Below, in pieces: positions 8,766 through 18,805 of a DNA stretch of 64,000 nucleotides. The stretch comes from an uncultured Fibrobacterota bacterium. GTDB taxonomy: Bacteria; Fibrobacterota; OXYB2-FULL-49-7; JAEUSG01. Position 1 is the first letter of the stretch; the number at the start of each line of letters is the position of its first letter. Location: the NCBI GenBank assembly GCA_964590225.1, contig CAZPWS010000011.1, positions 4,136-68,135 of the forward strand, given 5' to 3'. The translations under genes and the position numbers were made by a program. The notes under the pieces are model-generated. The model had not been told where the DNA came from. It searched no databases and worked only from the letters and a program-made list of their open reading frames with translations.

Positions 8766-9884
8766 TTATGCTACGGAATATTTTGAAGCGACATCATTAA
8801 TTGCTTTTTTATAAACCTTTTGCGCCTGTCTATACCAGAACTCATACTGCCCAGCACCAGCCTGCTTGCCTGGATCAGCACCCGCTTTTCTAAACGCATC
8901 GATCAAGTTAAGCAACTGTGGCTGTTTACCTCTGCACACTTCCACAACAAGAAGGTAGTAGTACGACTGCCAAATTCTATCCGGTATATCTTGAGGGGGG
9001 AAACGGATACAGTCTTTAAAACTCATTTCCGCTTTTTCAAGCAACTCGCTATCTTTTTTAGCGCCATTCATAAAATTATAAACAAGAAAATGGGCAAGTC
9101 CGACCTCATAAAAACGGTTTATACCTCTATCAAAGGAGGTTGCAGTAATGCAATCGGCACATAACCGATAAGCGTAATCGAGATGTTCCCTATCCGCAAA
9201 AAAAGAAAGATAATCCCCCTGTTCAACGCCGATTTTTGCAAGCATATCCTTTCTTCTGTTTGTGCTTTTTATAAGTAGCGTCCGTGCATCTGATGAATAT
9301 ATAGGCGGAAATTCCTGTCCTTCAGAGTGACAAATGAAATCTTCCTTATAAAACGATGTCAAAAGACATTCGCTGCACATTATAAGGGTATCACGATAAA
9401 AATCGATCTCTTCGTCTGTTGTACTATTTACAGCTACGGGCAGAAGCGAATGTTCTTTCCAAATAAACTTGATGGCTTGCTGGTTTAGAAATTCACTTGG
9501 GAAATCGGTATTATGACACACTGGACACTCAATAGTTGCATTAACCCAGTGAGTCCCCTTTCTTACACTGCCATAAACGGAAGCGCCAGCATCTCCATCA
9601 ACTAAGGAAATATTTGGCAAAACCCTGCAAAATTGTTCGGCAAGTTCAGCCGAACCACAAAGAATAGAAAACGAAACGCCCTGCTTTTCCAGAGTATTAT
9701 ACACATTGTTAATTAGTTTAAAGCCAACGCTATCAACACTCTTTACTCTCGACAGGTCAAGCAATACAGAGTTTCCAGAACGGACATCAGATAGCATCGT
9801 TGTAAAGAACGATTTTACCTGAACAAGATTTTTTAAATCAAATGAAAATTCTGGTCTGAGTGTTTTAAACTTTTTTGTATCCAT
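8766..9884 (-). CDS. STAS (anti-sigma-factor antagonist-like) domain fused to a DUF2225-like zinc-ribbon/helical domain
   Basis: The N-terminal ~110 aa has a STAS profile (LLDLSRVKSVDSVGFKLINNVYNTLEKQGVSFSILCGS). This is followed by CPVCHNTDF ... MCSECLLTSF, matching the Cys4 ribbon plus helical tail of DUF2225. Confidence 0.55.
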   Translation of the reverse strand: MDTKKFKTLRPEFSFDLKNLVQVKSFFTTMLSDVRSGNSVLLDLSRVKSVDSVGFKLINNVYNTLEKQGVSFSILCGSAELAEQFCRVLPNISLVDGDAGASVYGSVRKGTHWVNATIECPVCHNTDFPSEFLNQQAIKFIWKEHSLLPVAVNSTTDEEIDFYRDTLIMCSECLLTSFYKEDFICHSEGQEFPPIYSSDARTLLIKSTNRRKDMLAKIGVEQGDYLSFFADREHLDYAYRLCADCITATSFDRGINRFYEVGLAHFLVYNFMNGAKKDSELLEKAEMSFKDCIRFPPQDIPDRIWQSYYYLLVVEVCRGKQPQLLNLIDAFRKAGADPGKQAGAGQYEFWYRQAQKVYKKAINDVASKYSVA

Positions 9885-9944
9885 ATACTCTTTGGTAATT
9901 TCTTAACAACAGGACGAGTAAAATATAAGTGATGTATTTTACAT

Positions 9945-10943
9945 TCACCAAGACAAATGGTTGTATCCGCTGCGAGCCAAATCCACCAAACCCATTGTTC
10001 CTGTTTGCAATAGTTTAACAGAAGGCCTGTTTGATTTTTTCTTCACAACACCAATCCTGAAACATTCACAACATGGTTTCCAGTCTGGAGAGGCGGTAAA
10101 CAGTAGTTCGTATTCCTCACCGCTTTTTAAAGCGAGAGAAAGGGAGGATTCACCAATTAATTGTGCAACTTTTTTTAGTTCGCCCTCACAACCAATTTTT
10201 TCTGCCTCCACCTCAATTTGTACTCCTGACGACTCGGCAATATGCCATAATTCGGAGGAGAGGCCATCGCTTATGTCGATCATAGCGTGAACCTTCTTTT
10301 CTCTTCCAAGCAGCTCTCCTTTTAAGCAGGGCAAAGGCATGATGTGTTTTTTTATGGCATTTTTTGCTGCTCTTGTTCTGAATTTTACCTGCTTATTATC
10401 CTCCTTCATAAGTAGGCGAAGACCTGATTCCGACATTCCGACGCTACCAGTTAAATAAACGATATCGCCTGCCTTCGCCATCGACCGCATTTTAAGTGAA
10501 GAGCGGTCAACCACCCCACACACAGTTATAGTCGCCGAAAAATGGTCAGACGGGGACCTAACTGTATCTCCCCCTGCCACCACAGCTCCACATAAATCGG
10601 AGATATATTTCATACCCTTATAGAATTTGAGAATTTCCCTTTCGGCCAATCCAAACGGAACGGATATTGCCGAAAACAAGTAGTCACCACCGCCCCCCAT
10701 CGCATACATATCACTAATGGCTCCACTTGCAGCTTTTATACCAGCCTCGTAAAAAGAGGACCACTTCCTTGTGAAATGGATTTCCTCCACAAAGGAATCT
10801 GTTGAGACAATTAATGCCTTTCTATTCGGCAAAGGAATAACTGCGGTATCATCGCCTATGCCCATATAATACATAGAATTACAACAAACACCTCTTGTAA
10901 GTAGTGAGGATATTTTTTTAATTAAACCAAATTCGTTTTTCAT
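9945..10943 (-). CDS. thiL: Thiamine-monophosphate kinase
   Basis: EFGLI start, GDDTAV motif, and an AIR-synthase-related N and C domain layout. 332 aa. Confidence 0.75.
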   Translation of the reverse strand: MKNEFGLIKKISSLLTRGVCCNSMYYMGIGDDTAVIPLPNRKALIVSTDSFVEEIHFTRKWSSFYEAGIKAASGAISDMYAMGGGGDYLFSAISVPFGLAEREILKFYKGMKYISDLCGAVVAGGDTVRSPSDHFSATITVCGVVDRSSLKMRSMAKAGDIVYLTGSVGMSESGLRLLMKEDNKQVKFRTRAAKNAIKKHIMPLPCLKGELLGREKKVHAMIDISDGLSSELWHIAESSGVQIEVEAEKIGCEGELKKVAQLIGESSLSLALKSGEEYELLFTASPDWKPCCECFRIGVVKKKSNRPSVKLLQTGTMGLVDLARSGYNHLSW

Positions 10944-11013
10944 ATAACTTTAACTTTTTCTTTAAGTGCTACCACTTATTAACCGATAGATTGAAGTAAA
11001 GGGGGGCATAGCT

Positions 11014-11181
11014 ATGGATTTAGGCGCAATAGCATTAAACAATTCTTCGGCAGCACAAAACGAGATATCAATAGCGCTTTTAAAAAAGGCGCAAGATATT
11101 TCAAAAACAGAGGCGTCCCAATTGATTGAGTCGGTAGCTGTCGCTTCGCCGAAAAACGGCAAGATCGATTTATTAGCATAA
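11014..11181 (+). CDS. Small (55 aa) YjfB-like putative motility-associated protein. It is below the 60 aa cutoff of the ORF track.
   Basis: Strong SD (AAAGGGGGG) 7 nt upstream of the ATG. The product MDLGAIALNNSSAAQNEISIALLKKAQDISKTEASQLIESVAVASPKNGKIDLLA resembles the YjfB family (MDIAAL...ISI..LK...D). Confidence 0.4.
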   Translation: MDLGAIALNNSSAAQNEISIALLKKAQDISKTEASQLIESVAVASPKNGKIDLLA

Positions 11182-11188
11182 TCTTTGT

Positions 11189-13483
11189 TTACCTCAGGTG
11201 AAAACGATAGGGCATGATGGCAAGCATGGAGCCGTCGCGCGCCATTTCTGTAACCGCCCCTAGAATTCTTCGCTTCACTTTGGCCTCGCCACCCGAAAGT
11301 TCCGCAAAAAACCCCCTCGGTTTAGGATATAAGTCTATTCCAATAGGTGCAGCTTCATCAAATCCCGCCCTAACTTTAGCACTGTTTATAGCCTCCGCAA
11401 GTCCCCCTATCTCGTCTATCAACCCCCTCGCTAATGCCTGCTCGCCACTAAATACCCTTCCCCTTCCAAGTACATTAGCGCTGTCCTTTGATATGTTACG
11501 CCCCTCAGCCACCCTGTTTAGGAACCCCGAGTAAAATTCCTCAAGCGAAGCCTGCATAGTGGTCACCTGTTCCTCTGAAAACTCTTTATAATCAGAAAAC
11601 AGATCAGCATTTCTGCCAAATGTAATTAACTCTTTTTTTATGCCAAATTTATCGTACAGCCCCTTTAGTACAAATTTCCCTGCAAAGACGCCTATACTAC
11701 CAATAACCGCCCCCTCACCTGCAAAAATGGCATCGGCTCCCGCCATAACGAAATATCCACCAGAAGCGGCAACATCTCCAACAGAGGCTACAACAGGCTT
11801 CCCACTCTCACGAAGCCTTTTAACTTCACGCCAAATCTGATCGGATGCAGAACCCGATCCCCCTGGGCTATTAACACGCAGCACGACGCCCTTCACCCGT
11901 TTATCTTTCCGAATTTTGGCAAGTATATCACAAATCGTACGGGAACCGACAAAGCTTTCTCCGGAGAAAAAATCGGTAAATGACTCACCATTGACTATTG
12001 TCCCTTCAATTACAACAATAGCAATTTTGCTACCTCCGCTCCACTCCCTTTTATAGTATGAGCGGTTACGCAAATTTACAGGCCGTTCCCTTTTCGGAGC
12101 CAATTCTTCGAAAATATCTCTATAATAACCGATTTCATTAATCAGCCCTATTGAGCAGGCCTCGGAAAGCGGTATTGACCCTCTGTCAAGTACAGCAGCA
12201 AAAGTATCTCTATCGACTCCCCTATCAGTTACAATGTTATCAATGAAATGGTTATACCACGAAGACAACAACATAATTTCATTTTCACGAAACTTGGCCG
12301 ACATCGAATCGTCGGTAAAGACTTCAGGATAGTTTTTATACTCTCCCACCCTTAGAAAATTAGCTTTAACTCCAAGCTTATCAAAAAGTCCCTTATAAAA
12401 CGAAACTTCCGCGCCAATGCCAGTCATAACCCAGGGTGATAACGGTTCAACTATTATTCTGTCCGCAGCAGCAGCAAGGTAGTACGAACTTGGTTCAACA
12501 CTTTCAAGACAGGCCGTTATCCGTTTGTTTACAAGCCTTAAATCTTTTATGGCACTGCGGATTTCGTCAAGCATGCCAAAACCGGCTCTAATTTGGCCTA
12601 TTCTTAGGATTATTTGTCCAATGTCCTCATCTCTCGCGCCATTTCTGAGCTGAATTAAAATATCGCTAAGCCTTTGCGCGCCTCCTCCAAACAGCGAAAA
12701 ATCGGATGCCCCATCTGTTAACACTCCACTAATTTCAATTACTGCCACTTTACGCGGTCCGTTAACAACAGGTTCTTTGCGGTCCTTGCCCATCCATAAC
12801 GCAATGGAACCATTTTTACCAGCACCATCAAGTGGATGCGAATAGCCAAATTCAGAGTTGGATAGAGAGAAAGAAAGAGCAGCATTCCATTTGTTATCGT
12901 CAGGGGAATAGGCCGCCTGAAGTGCCATACCATTTAAATCAAGGGCAAGTGTAATAGCCGTACCATTAAAAGCCGCATCAAGGTATTTTGATGATGCGCC
13001 TATTGTCACAATATTTACTGGTCTAACAGCAACACCGCATTGAAGGATATGGGCTCCTCCTGCACCAATCAATCCATCCGTTGTAATCCCAAGAGAAAGC
13101 CACTGAACTGGGCGGAACAGCGTTCCTATGTCAAATTGATAACTTGAATTGGAGACTAATCTGTTTTGAATAAAGCCAAGTCGTGTTCCAAAGGAAAGAG
13201 CTTTCGATGTACGATGCCCTGTACTGAAAAAGAATGCATCCGTCTCCTTTTCTCTTCTAAAGCCCATGCCCACCAGACCTGTAGCTATCGCGGCCTCAAT
13301 GAGAGAATCCTGCGCAAGAGAGGAATGTAGCGCTATATTGGCCCCTCTGCCTTCTGCGAGTCCGGCAGGGTTAACTATGACAGATAACGCATCGTCTCTA
13401 ATGGCCGGCGAATTATTTAAAACTGAGGACGAAATAATTGAAACGAACATCAACACAAAGAGCAGAATCTTCTTTTTACTCAT
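11189..13483 (-). CDS. sppA: Signal peptide peptidase SppA (protease IV, 67K type) with an extra N-terminal beta-rich domain
   Basis: Tandem ClpP/crotonase-fold halves with SppA motifs (VVLRVNSPGGSGSASD, catalytic Ser/Lys regions). 764 aa, with a signal peptide. Confidence 0.75.
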   Translation of the reverse strand: MSKKKILLFVLMFVSIISSSVLNNSPAIRDDALSVIVNPAGLAEGRGANIALHSSLAQDSLIEAAIATGLVGMGFRREKETDAFFFSTGHRTSKALSFGTRLGFIQNRLVSNSSYQFDIGTLFRPVQWLSLGITTDGLIGAGGAHILQCGVAVRPVNIVTIGASSKYLDAAFNGTAITLALDLNGMALQAAYSPDDNKWNAALSFSLSNSEFGYSHPLDGAGKNGSIALWMGKDRKEPVVNGPRKVAVIEISGVLTDGASDFSLFGGGAQRLSDILIQLRNGARDEDIGQIILRIGQIRAGFGMLDEIRSAIKDLRLVNKRITACLESVEPSSYYLAAAADRIIVEPLSPWVMTGIGAEVSFYKGLFDKLGVKANFLRVGEYKNYPEVFTDDSMSAKFRENEIMLLSSWYNHFIDNIVTDRGVDRDTFAAVLDRGSIPLSEACSIGLINEIGYYRDIFEELAPKRERPVNLRNRSYYKREWSGGSKIAIVVIEGTIVNGESFTDFFSGESFVGSRTICDILAKIRKDKRVKGVVLRVNSPGGSGSASDQIWREVKRLRESGKPVVASVGDVAASGGYFVMAGADAIFAGEGAVIGSIGVFAGKFVLKGLYDKFGIKKELITFGRNADLFSDYKEFSEEQVTTMQASLEEFYSGFLNRVAEGRNISKDSANVLGRGRVFSGEQALARGLIDEIGGLAEAINSAKVRAGFDEAAPIGIDLYPKPRGFFAELSGGEAKVKRRILGAVTEMARDGSMLAIMPYRFHLR

Positions 13484-13617
13484 TTAATTTCCTTTTCTAT
13501 GTAAAATACAAAATCAAGCTTTCCGTAAAATTCATTTTCTTTATCTTGCATATCGACCTGCAATACAGAAATATTTTGACTGCTTTTTTAAATTGCAGAA
13601 AATTTTAAGGAGGTTCC

Positions 13618-14082
13618 GTGCAAATATCAGAATTACTCACTGCTTCATCAATAGTGATACCTTTGCGCTCCACCGACAGAGATGGTATAATAGCTGAGCT
13701 GGTTAAAGCCGCCCCCTTCAGCAGAAGCCATATCAATGAAGAAACAGTCGTAAAGGCCGTCATTGAACGAGAAAATGTTACAAGTACCGGCATAGGAGAT
13801 GGCGTGGCCATTCCACATGCAAAATGTGATATAAAAGAAGAATTGTTAATGTCGGTTGGCGTGGCGGATAATCCAATAGAGTTCGCAGCAATCGACAATA
13901 AACCGGCCAGAATATTCTTCATGCTCTTGTCACGCAAGGATGTTTCCGGTCTGCACATTAAAATGCTCGCCAAGATTGCAAAGCTTGCAAGACTCGATAA
14001 TTTCAGGGAAGGTGTGCTTCTTTGTAAAAACGCAGCTGAACTACTTGAATTGTTCAGAAAAGAGGAAGCTGCTATTCTGTAA
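13618..14082 (+). CDS. ptsN: PTS EIIA type-2 domain protein (PtsN / EIIA-Ntr-like)
   Basis: GTG start with an AGGAGG SD. Conserved His region GIGDGVAIPHAK. 154 aa. Confidence 0.65.
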   Translation: MQISELLTASSIVIPLRSTDRDGIIAELVKAAPFSRSHINEETVVKAVIERENVTSTGIGDGVAIPHAKCDIKEELLMSVGVADNPIEFAAIDNKPARIFFMLLSRKDVSGLHIKMLAKIAKLARLDNFREGVLLCKNAAELLELFRKEEAAIL

Positions 14083-14112
14083 CGAAATAGCTGTCAAATT
14101 CGGAGGTTAATT

Positions 14113-15588
14113 TTGTCACGAGTGAGAGTCAGAATAGCCCCATCACCAACGGGCGAACCGCATGTAGGCACCGCTTACATTGCCCTGTTTAACTACTGTT
14201 TCGCAAAAGTTAACAATGGTGATTTTATTTTAAGAATTGAAGACACCGATCAAACCCGCTCAACAAAGGAAAGTGAAGACTCCATATTTAAGGCTCTTTC
14301 ATGGCTTGGGATTAAGTGGAATGAGGGGCCTGATATTGGAGGACAATACGCACCATATAGGCAAAGCGAAAGAATTGCCATTTACAAGGAGCAGGCCGAA
14401 ACTCTTCTTAGTTCGGGCAAAGCTTACCGTTGCTTTTGTTCCGCCGGTAGGCTCGAAGAAATGCGCAAGAAACTTATAGCAGAAAAAAAGAACTACTTTT
14501 ACGACGGGTTATGCCGAACTTTATCACAGGAAGAGTCGGACAGACGGGCCAACACGGGTGAACCATTTGTAATACGAATGGCAGTACCGCGACAAGACGG
14601 GGCAACAACGAAATTCTTTGACGAAATCCGACAGAAAGAGATTGAATTAGCGCATACGGAAATTGATGACCAGATATTACTTAAAGCAGATGGCTTTCCT
14701 ACTTACCATCTTGCCAATGTGGTTGACGACCACCTAATGAGAATTAGCCATGTCATACGGGCGGAAGAATGGATAACATCAACACCAAAGCACATATTGC
14801 TATACAACGCGTTCGGATGGGAAGCACCAAAATTTGCCCATGTTTCATTGTTGAGAAACAGCGATAAGTCAAAGGTAAGCAAAAGGAAAAATCCTGTCTC
14901 CTTAAATTGGTTCCGTGCGGCTGGCTATACCAAGGAGGCAATAATAAACTTCCTCGGCCTTATGGGCTATTACAGCGGCACAGATAACGAGCGATTCGGC
15001 ATAGCGGAACTCTCCAAGGATTTTGCACTCAACAAAATATCCACCTCTGCCCCAATCTTTGACATGAATAAACTGAACGCTCTGAACGAAGAGTATATCC
15101 GTAAAATGGAACCTGACCAATATGCCGCTTTTCTTGGCAAAAGAGCTTTTTATAGAGCTAATTATCTTAAGCCTGTTCTTCCTCTTGTCCAGGAACGGCA
15201 CAAAATAAACAGCGATTTTGAATACTGGACAAATTTATTTTTTATCCACAATTTGTCCTACAACAAAGACTCTTTCGCCATTAAAGGGGCTGAAAAGCAG
15301 GTAATTGAAAAAATACTTAAGGAACTCCCCGAGGAAATAGATGCCGCTAAACCTCTTTCTTCAGCTGAGTTTGAGGCGGTTATTAACAAAGCAAAGGAGA
15401 AAAGCGCTCCTGATAAAAATAGTCCATTCATGACAGTTATTAGGGTCGCGCTAACCGGATCAACCGTCTCGCTGCCCATAGGCGCTGTTATGGCTACTCT
15501 TGGAAAGGATAGATGTATATTGCGCCTGAAGGAGGCGGCCTCTTTTGTCAGAAACAACCTAAAATCAAGTGATACAGAAAAAAGGTGA
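14113..15588 (+). CDS. gltX: Glutamyl-tRNA synthetase
   Basis: Class I HIGH motif (RIAPSPTGEPHVGTA) and KMSKS-like KVSKRK. 491 aa. Confidence 0.9.
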   Translation: MSRVRVRIAPSPTGEPHVGTAYIALFNYCFAKVNNGDFILRIEDTDQTRSTKESEDSIFKALSWLGIKWNEGPDIGGQYAPYRQSERIAIYKEQAETLLSSGKAYRCFCSAGRLEEMRKKLIAEKKNYFYDGLCRTLSQEESDRRANTGEPFVIRMAVPRQDGATTKFFDEIRQKEIELAHTEIDDQILLKADGFPTYHLANVVDDHLMRISHVIRAEEWITSTPKHILLYNAFGWEAPKFAHVSLLRNSDKSKVSKRKNPVSLNWFRAAGYTKEAIINFLGLMGYYSGTDNERFGIAELSKDFALNKISTSAPIFDMNKLNALNEEYIRKMEPDQYAAFLGKRAFYRANYLKPVLPLVQERHKINSDFEYWTNLFFIHNLSYNKDSFAIKGAEKQVIEKILKELPEEIDAAKPLSSAEFEAVINKAKEKSAPDKNSPFMTVIRVALTGSTVSLPIGAVMATLGKDRCILRLKEAASFVRNNLKSSDTEKR

Positions 15589-15591
15589 ATT

Positions 15592-17253
15592 ATGTCTGAT
15601 TTTATTAGTGAAGCAATTAATGAAGATCTCCAGAGCGGAAGATTTACAAAAATACACACCCGTTTCCCACCTGAACCAAATGGTTACCTCCATATCGGTC
15701 ATGCAAAGGCCATCTGTATCGATTTTGGCCTCGCAGAAAAATTTGGGGGTAAAACAAACCTCCGTTTTGATGATACTAATCCGGTCAGAGAGGATGTTGA
15801 ATTCGTCGATGCCATAAAGGATGACATTCACTGGCTCGGTTTTGACTGGGAAGAAAGACTCTATTACGCCTCAGACTATTTCGACCAGATTTTTGAATAC
15901 GCTGTAACGCTTATCAGGAAAGGCAAAGCCTTCGTTTGCGACCTTTCGTCCGATCAAATCCGTGAATATAGAGGTACGCTCACAGAGCCAGGCAAAGAGT
16001 CCCCTTTTCGCAACCGAACAGTTGATGAAAATCTTGATCTTTTTTTAAGAATGAGAAACGGAGAATTTGCGGAAGGAACAAAAACGCTTCGGGCTAAAAT
16101 CGATATGGCATCGCCAAATATCAACCTACGCGATCCTGTAATGTATAGGATAATAAATACACCTCACCACAGAACAGGCACAAAGTGGTCTATTTATCCC
16201 ATGTATGATTTTGCACACGGCCAGAGCGATTCCATAGAGGGAATTACCCATTCCCTCTGCTCGCTCGAATACGAAGACCACCGCCCCTTATACGATTGGT
16301 ACATTAAAGAGCTTGGCATATTCCATACTCGCCAAATCGAATTTGCGAGGCTTAATCTCACTTATACAGTTATGAGCAAAAGAAAGCTAATGAAACTTGT
16401 TGAGAGCGGCGTTGTATCCGGCTGGGATGATCCACGGATGCCCACTCTCGCTGGTATGCGGCGCCGTGGCTATACTGCAGAATCTATAAAGAATTTCTGC
16501 GATAGAATTGGCGTGGCAAAACGGGATAGCACCGTTGATTTTGCTTTTCTTGAGCACTGTGTCCGCGAAGTACTTAACCGTGACTCTGCCCGCATGTTTG
16601 CTGTATTACGACCATTAAAAGTGGTGATAACAAATTATCCCGAAAATTATACCGAAGAATTTGACGCAATCAACAATCCTGAGAATCCTACAGACGGAAC
16701 ACGCAAGGTTCCCTTCTCCAGAGTACTTTATATTGAACAGGATGACTTTAGGGAGGCTCCTCCTCCAAAATATTACAGGCTTTCTCCTGGTAAAGAGGTA
16801 CGACTTCGCTATGCCTACTTTATCAAGTGCAACGAGGTTATTAAGGATGGCAATGGTAACATTATTGAAATCAGATGCACTTACGATCCCGCAACAAAAG
16901 GTGGCGAGTCGCCCGATGGACGAAAGGTAAAAAGCACAATTCACTGGGTGTCTGCACAACATGCCGCCAGTGCTGAAGTAAGACTTTACAGCGTTCTCTT
17001 TTCAAAGCCAAATCCGGAAGATGTGGCTGAAGGTGGTGATTTTATCGATAACATTAATCAAAATTCAATAGAAACTGTTAAAGAGTGTAAGATAGAACCT
17101 CTTCTTTCAAAAGTAAAACCAGGAACAAAAGTTCAGTTTGAGCGGATTGGTTACTTTTGTGCGGATACTGTAGATTCCAAAGAGGGAGCACCAGTGTTTA
17201 ATCGGATTGTGACACTAAAAGACACATGGGCTAAGATTGAAAAAATGGGTTGA
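15592..17253 (+). CDS. glnS: Glutaminyl-tRNA synthetase
   Basis: [17 protein letters not shown] (HIGH), VMSKRK (KMSKS) and a GlnRS-type anticodon-binding C-terminus. 553 aa. Confidence 0.9.
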   Translation: MSDFISEAINEDLQSGRFTKIHTRFPPEPNGYLHIGHAKAICIDFGLAEKFGGKTNLRFDDTNPVREDVEFVDAIKDDIHWLGFDWEERLYYASDYFDQIFEYAVTLIRKGKAFVCDLSSDQIREYRGTLTEPGKESPFRNRTVDENLDLFLRMRNGEFAEGTKTLRAKIDMASPNINLRDPVMYRIINTPHHRTGTKWSIYPMYDFAHGQSDSIEGITHSLCSLEYEDHRPLYDWYIKELGIFHTRQIEFARLNLTYTVMSKRKLMKLVESGVVSGWDDPRMPTLAGMRRRGYTAESIKNFCDRIGVAKRDSTVDFAFLEHCVREVLNRDSARMFAVLRPLKVVITNYPENYTEEFDAINNPENPTDGTRKVPFSRVLYIEQDDFREAPPPKYYRLSPGKEVRLRYAYFIKCNEVIKDGNGNIIEIRCTYDPATKGGESPDGRKVKSTIHWVSAQHAASAEVRLYSVLFSKPNPEDVAEGGDFIDNINQNSIETVKECKIEPLLSKVKPGTKVQFERIGYFCADTVDSKEGAPVFNRIVTLKDTWAKIEKMG

Positions 17254-17316
17254 AAAAGCGCAAAACCCGTAAAACCTCACTTGAATATTGCTACAAAAAA
17301 ATGATTCTTTAAAAAA

Positions 17317-17400
17317 TGCCCAAGGGGGGACTTGAACCCCCAAGCTCTTGCGAGCACTAGTACCTGAAACTAGCGTGTCTGCCAATTTCACCACCTGGGC
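17317..17400 (-). tRNA. tRNA-Leu (anticodon CAG)
   Basis: The reverse complement folds as a cloverleaf with a GCCCAGG acceptor stem, anticodon loop TTCAGGT, a long variable arm (class II) and a GGTTCAAGTCC T-arm. 84 nt. Confidence 0.85.
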
Positions 17401-17430
17401 AATCATTTTGTGCTAAATATACATTTATGC

Positions 17431-18714
17431 TTATCCGTTAAGCTTTTCTTTAGTTGTCCATAAACCGGCAGAAGGGGTACTTATGAAATAAATTTCTTCG
17501 CCGTTAGGTAGTTTGTTAAAACCATTTTTTAGTTTTGCCGGATTATAGAGTTCCATAGCTTTACTGTAATCCATATAGCCGAAATTTACAGATGTTACTT
17601 CCTCTTCTGTAAGGTGCCCGGGAGCATAGGTGATTTTAAACCGACCTTCGGAAGAACCGTGTATAAGATGAGCGGTTGCGTGGGTTAAGTCCTGTAGGTC
17701 GTCATTTTCCTTCCAAAGCTTCATTATTTTTTCGGTGCCGCAATAGCCATATTTTCTTATTATTTTATCAACCGAATCCTGTTCGCCAAAGCGTTTTAAC
17801 CCTGGAGCAAGAACAATGAGCTCTCCCCCATCTGCCATTGCCTTTCTGGTTCGATATATTGACTTATTGGCCACCCATGTACTAAAAAACTCATCACCCT
17901 GCATAACAGCAACTACCTTTTTAAGGGGCGGCACAACCGTAATATTCTCTGACATGGATTGCTTTGCTGCAAGCAAATAGGTATCGACATCATCCCCGCA
18001 ATAAAAGCCTGTGTGAACAAGCTCTCCTGAAGCGTTGTAGGCCATTGTAACTTGAATATAAACATCCTTGACCTTACCGAGAAACTCCTGTTCGGCCTTG
18101 TTGTAGCAGTGCCGCAATGGAGTAACTAGTGTTCCAAGGTTGTTTTCGATCCCGTAGCAGGCAGCAGCCATATGGGAGGCGCAAATCATCTCTTTTCCGC
18201 CAAGACCGATGAAATAATTTTTGTTATGATTGGCAAAACCAAGTACTTCATGAGGTACAACATGACCAACATTAATTACAAGATCCCAGTCGTCCTGTAC
18301 AACCGCCCTGTTTATTGACACAGGAATATCCCAATCAGCACGGCCACTGGTAATCGCTTTTACATAATCAGCAGGTACTGTGCCTATACGGTCACAATCC
18401 GTAAGCCAATCGTGCTTAAGAATTCTATCCTCCGGAATATCTCCAAACATCCATTTATTTTGCTCTTCGGTGTGCGGAACATGTTGTCCAAGGGTAGGAA
18501 TTAAGTAAACTAATGCAGATTTCGAAAAATAGTCATACAAAATTTTGGTAATCCAGCCTGCACCGCTATGCGCCCTTGTAATATCAGGCGGGAGCAAAAG
18601 AACCTTCTTGGGACTTTTACAAACTCTCTTCACGCATTCATCAGCACTTTTTAGAACAAGCTGCTCTATCCTTTTCCTGCCAATTTCAGAACTCTTTTCA
18701 AAAAACCATGCCAT
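17431..18714 (-). CDS. LarA-family (lactate racemase-like, DUF2088) protein
   Basis: PPDITR ... NVGHVVPHEVLGFANHNKNYFIGLGGKE aligns to LarA SSDHTRP ... HxxxGFSGGRK and its His-rich active-site region. 427 aa. Confidence 0.6.
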   Translation of the reverse strand: MAWFFEKSSEIGRKRIEQLVLKSADECVKRVCKSPKKVLLLPPDITRAHSGAGWITKILYDYFSKSALVYLIPTLGQHVPHTEEQNKWMFGDIPEDRILKHDWLTDCDRIGTVPADYVKAITSGRADWDIPVSINRAVVQDDWDLVINVGHVVPHEVLGFANHNKNYFIGLGGKEMICASHMAAACYGIENNLGTLVTPLRHCYNKAEQEFLGKVKDVYIQVTMAYNASGELVHTGFYCGDDVDTYLLAAKQSMSENITVVPPLKKVVAVMQGDEFFSTWVANKSIYRTRKAMADGGELIVLAPGLKRFGEQDSVDKIIRKYGYCGTEKIMKLWKENDDLQDLTHATAHLIHGSSEGRFKITYAPGHLTEEEVTSVNFGYMDYSKAMELYNPAKLKNGFNKLPNGEEIYFISTPSAGLWTTKEKLNG

Positions 18715-18754
18715 TTGTCACCTCCAAAAAAAAGTTGTTAAGAGATAAAGAAAA

Positions 18755-18783
18755 TAATTTTTTTTGACGGTAAGTATAAATAA
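18755..18783 (+). promoter_or_regulatory. Sigma-70-like promoter candidate (TTGACG-N17-TATATT) upstream of the STAS gene
   Basis: -35 TTGACG at 18755-18760, a 17 nt spacer, then -10 TATATT at 18778-18783. It sits about 20 nt upstream of the ATG at 18806. Confidence 0.3.
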
Positions 18784-18805
18784 AACTATATTTTAAGCGC
18801 TTAAA

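Noticed and set aside
10962-11162. 66 aa minus-strand ORF from the six-frame track
   Set aside because: It has no RBS and a low-complexity product, and it is antisense to a better-supported plus-strand small ORF with a strong SD (11014-11181).
13605-13973. 122 aa minus-strand ORF overlapping the PtsN-like gene
   Set aside because: It is fully antisense to a well-supported EIIA-Ntr gene with GTG plus AGGAGG. It is a typical shadow ORF.
17254-17430. tRNA-Leu as an island boundary
   Set aside because: It is flanked by glnS and a LarA-family gene with no mobility genes or repeats.
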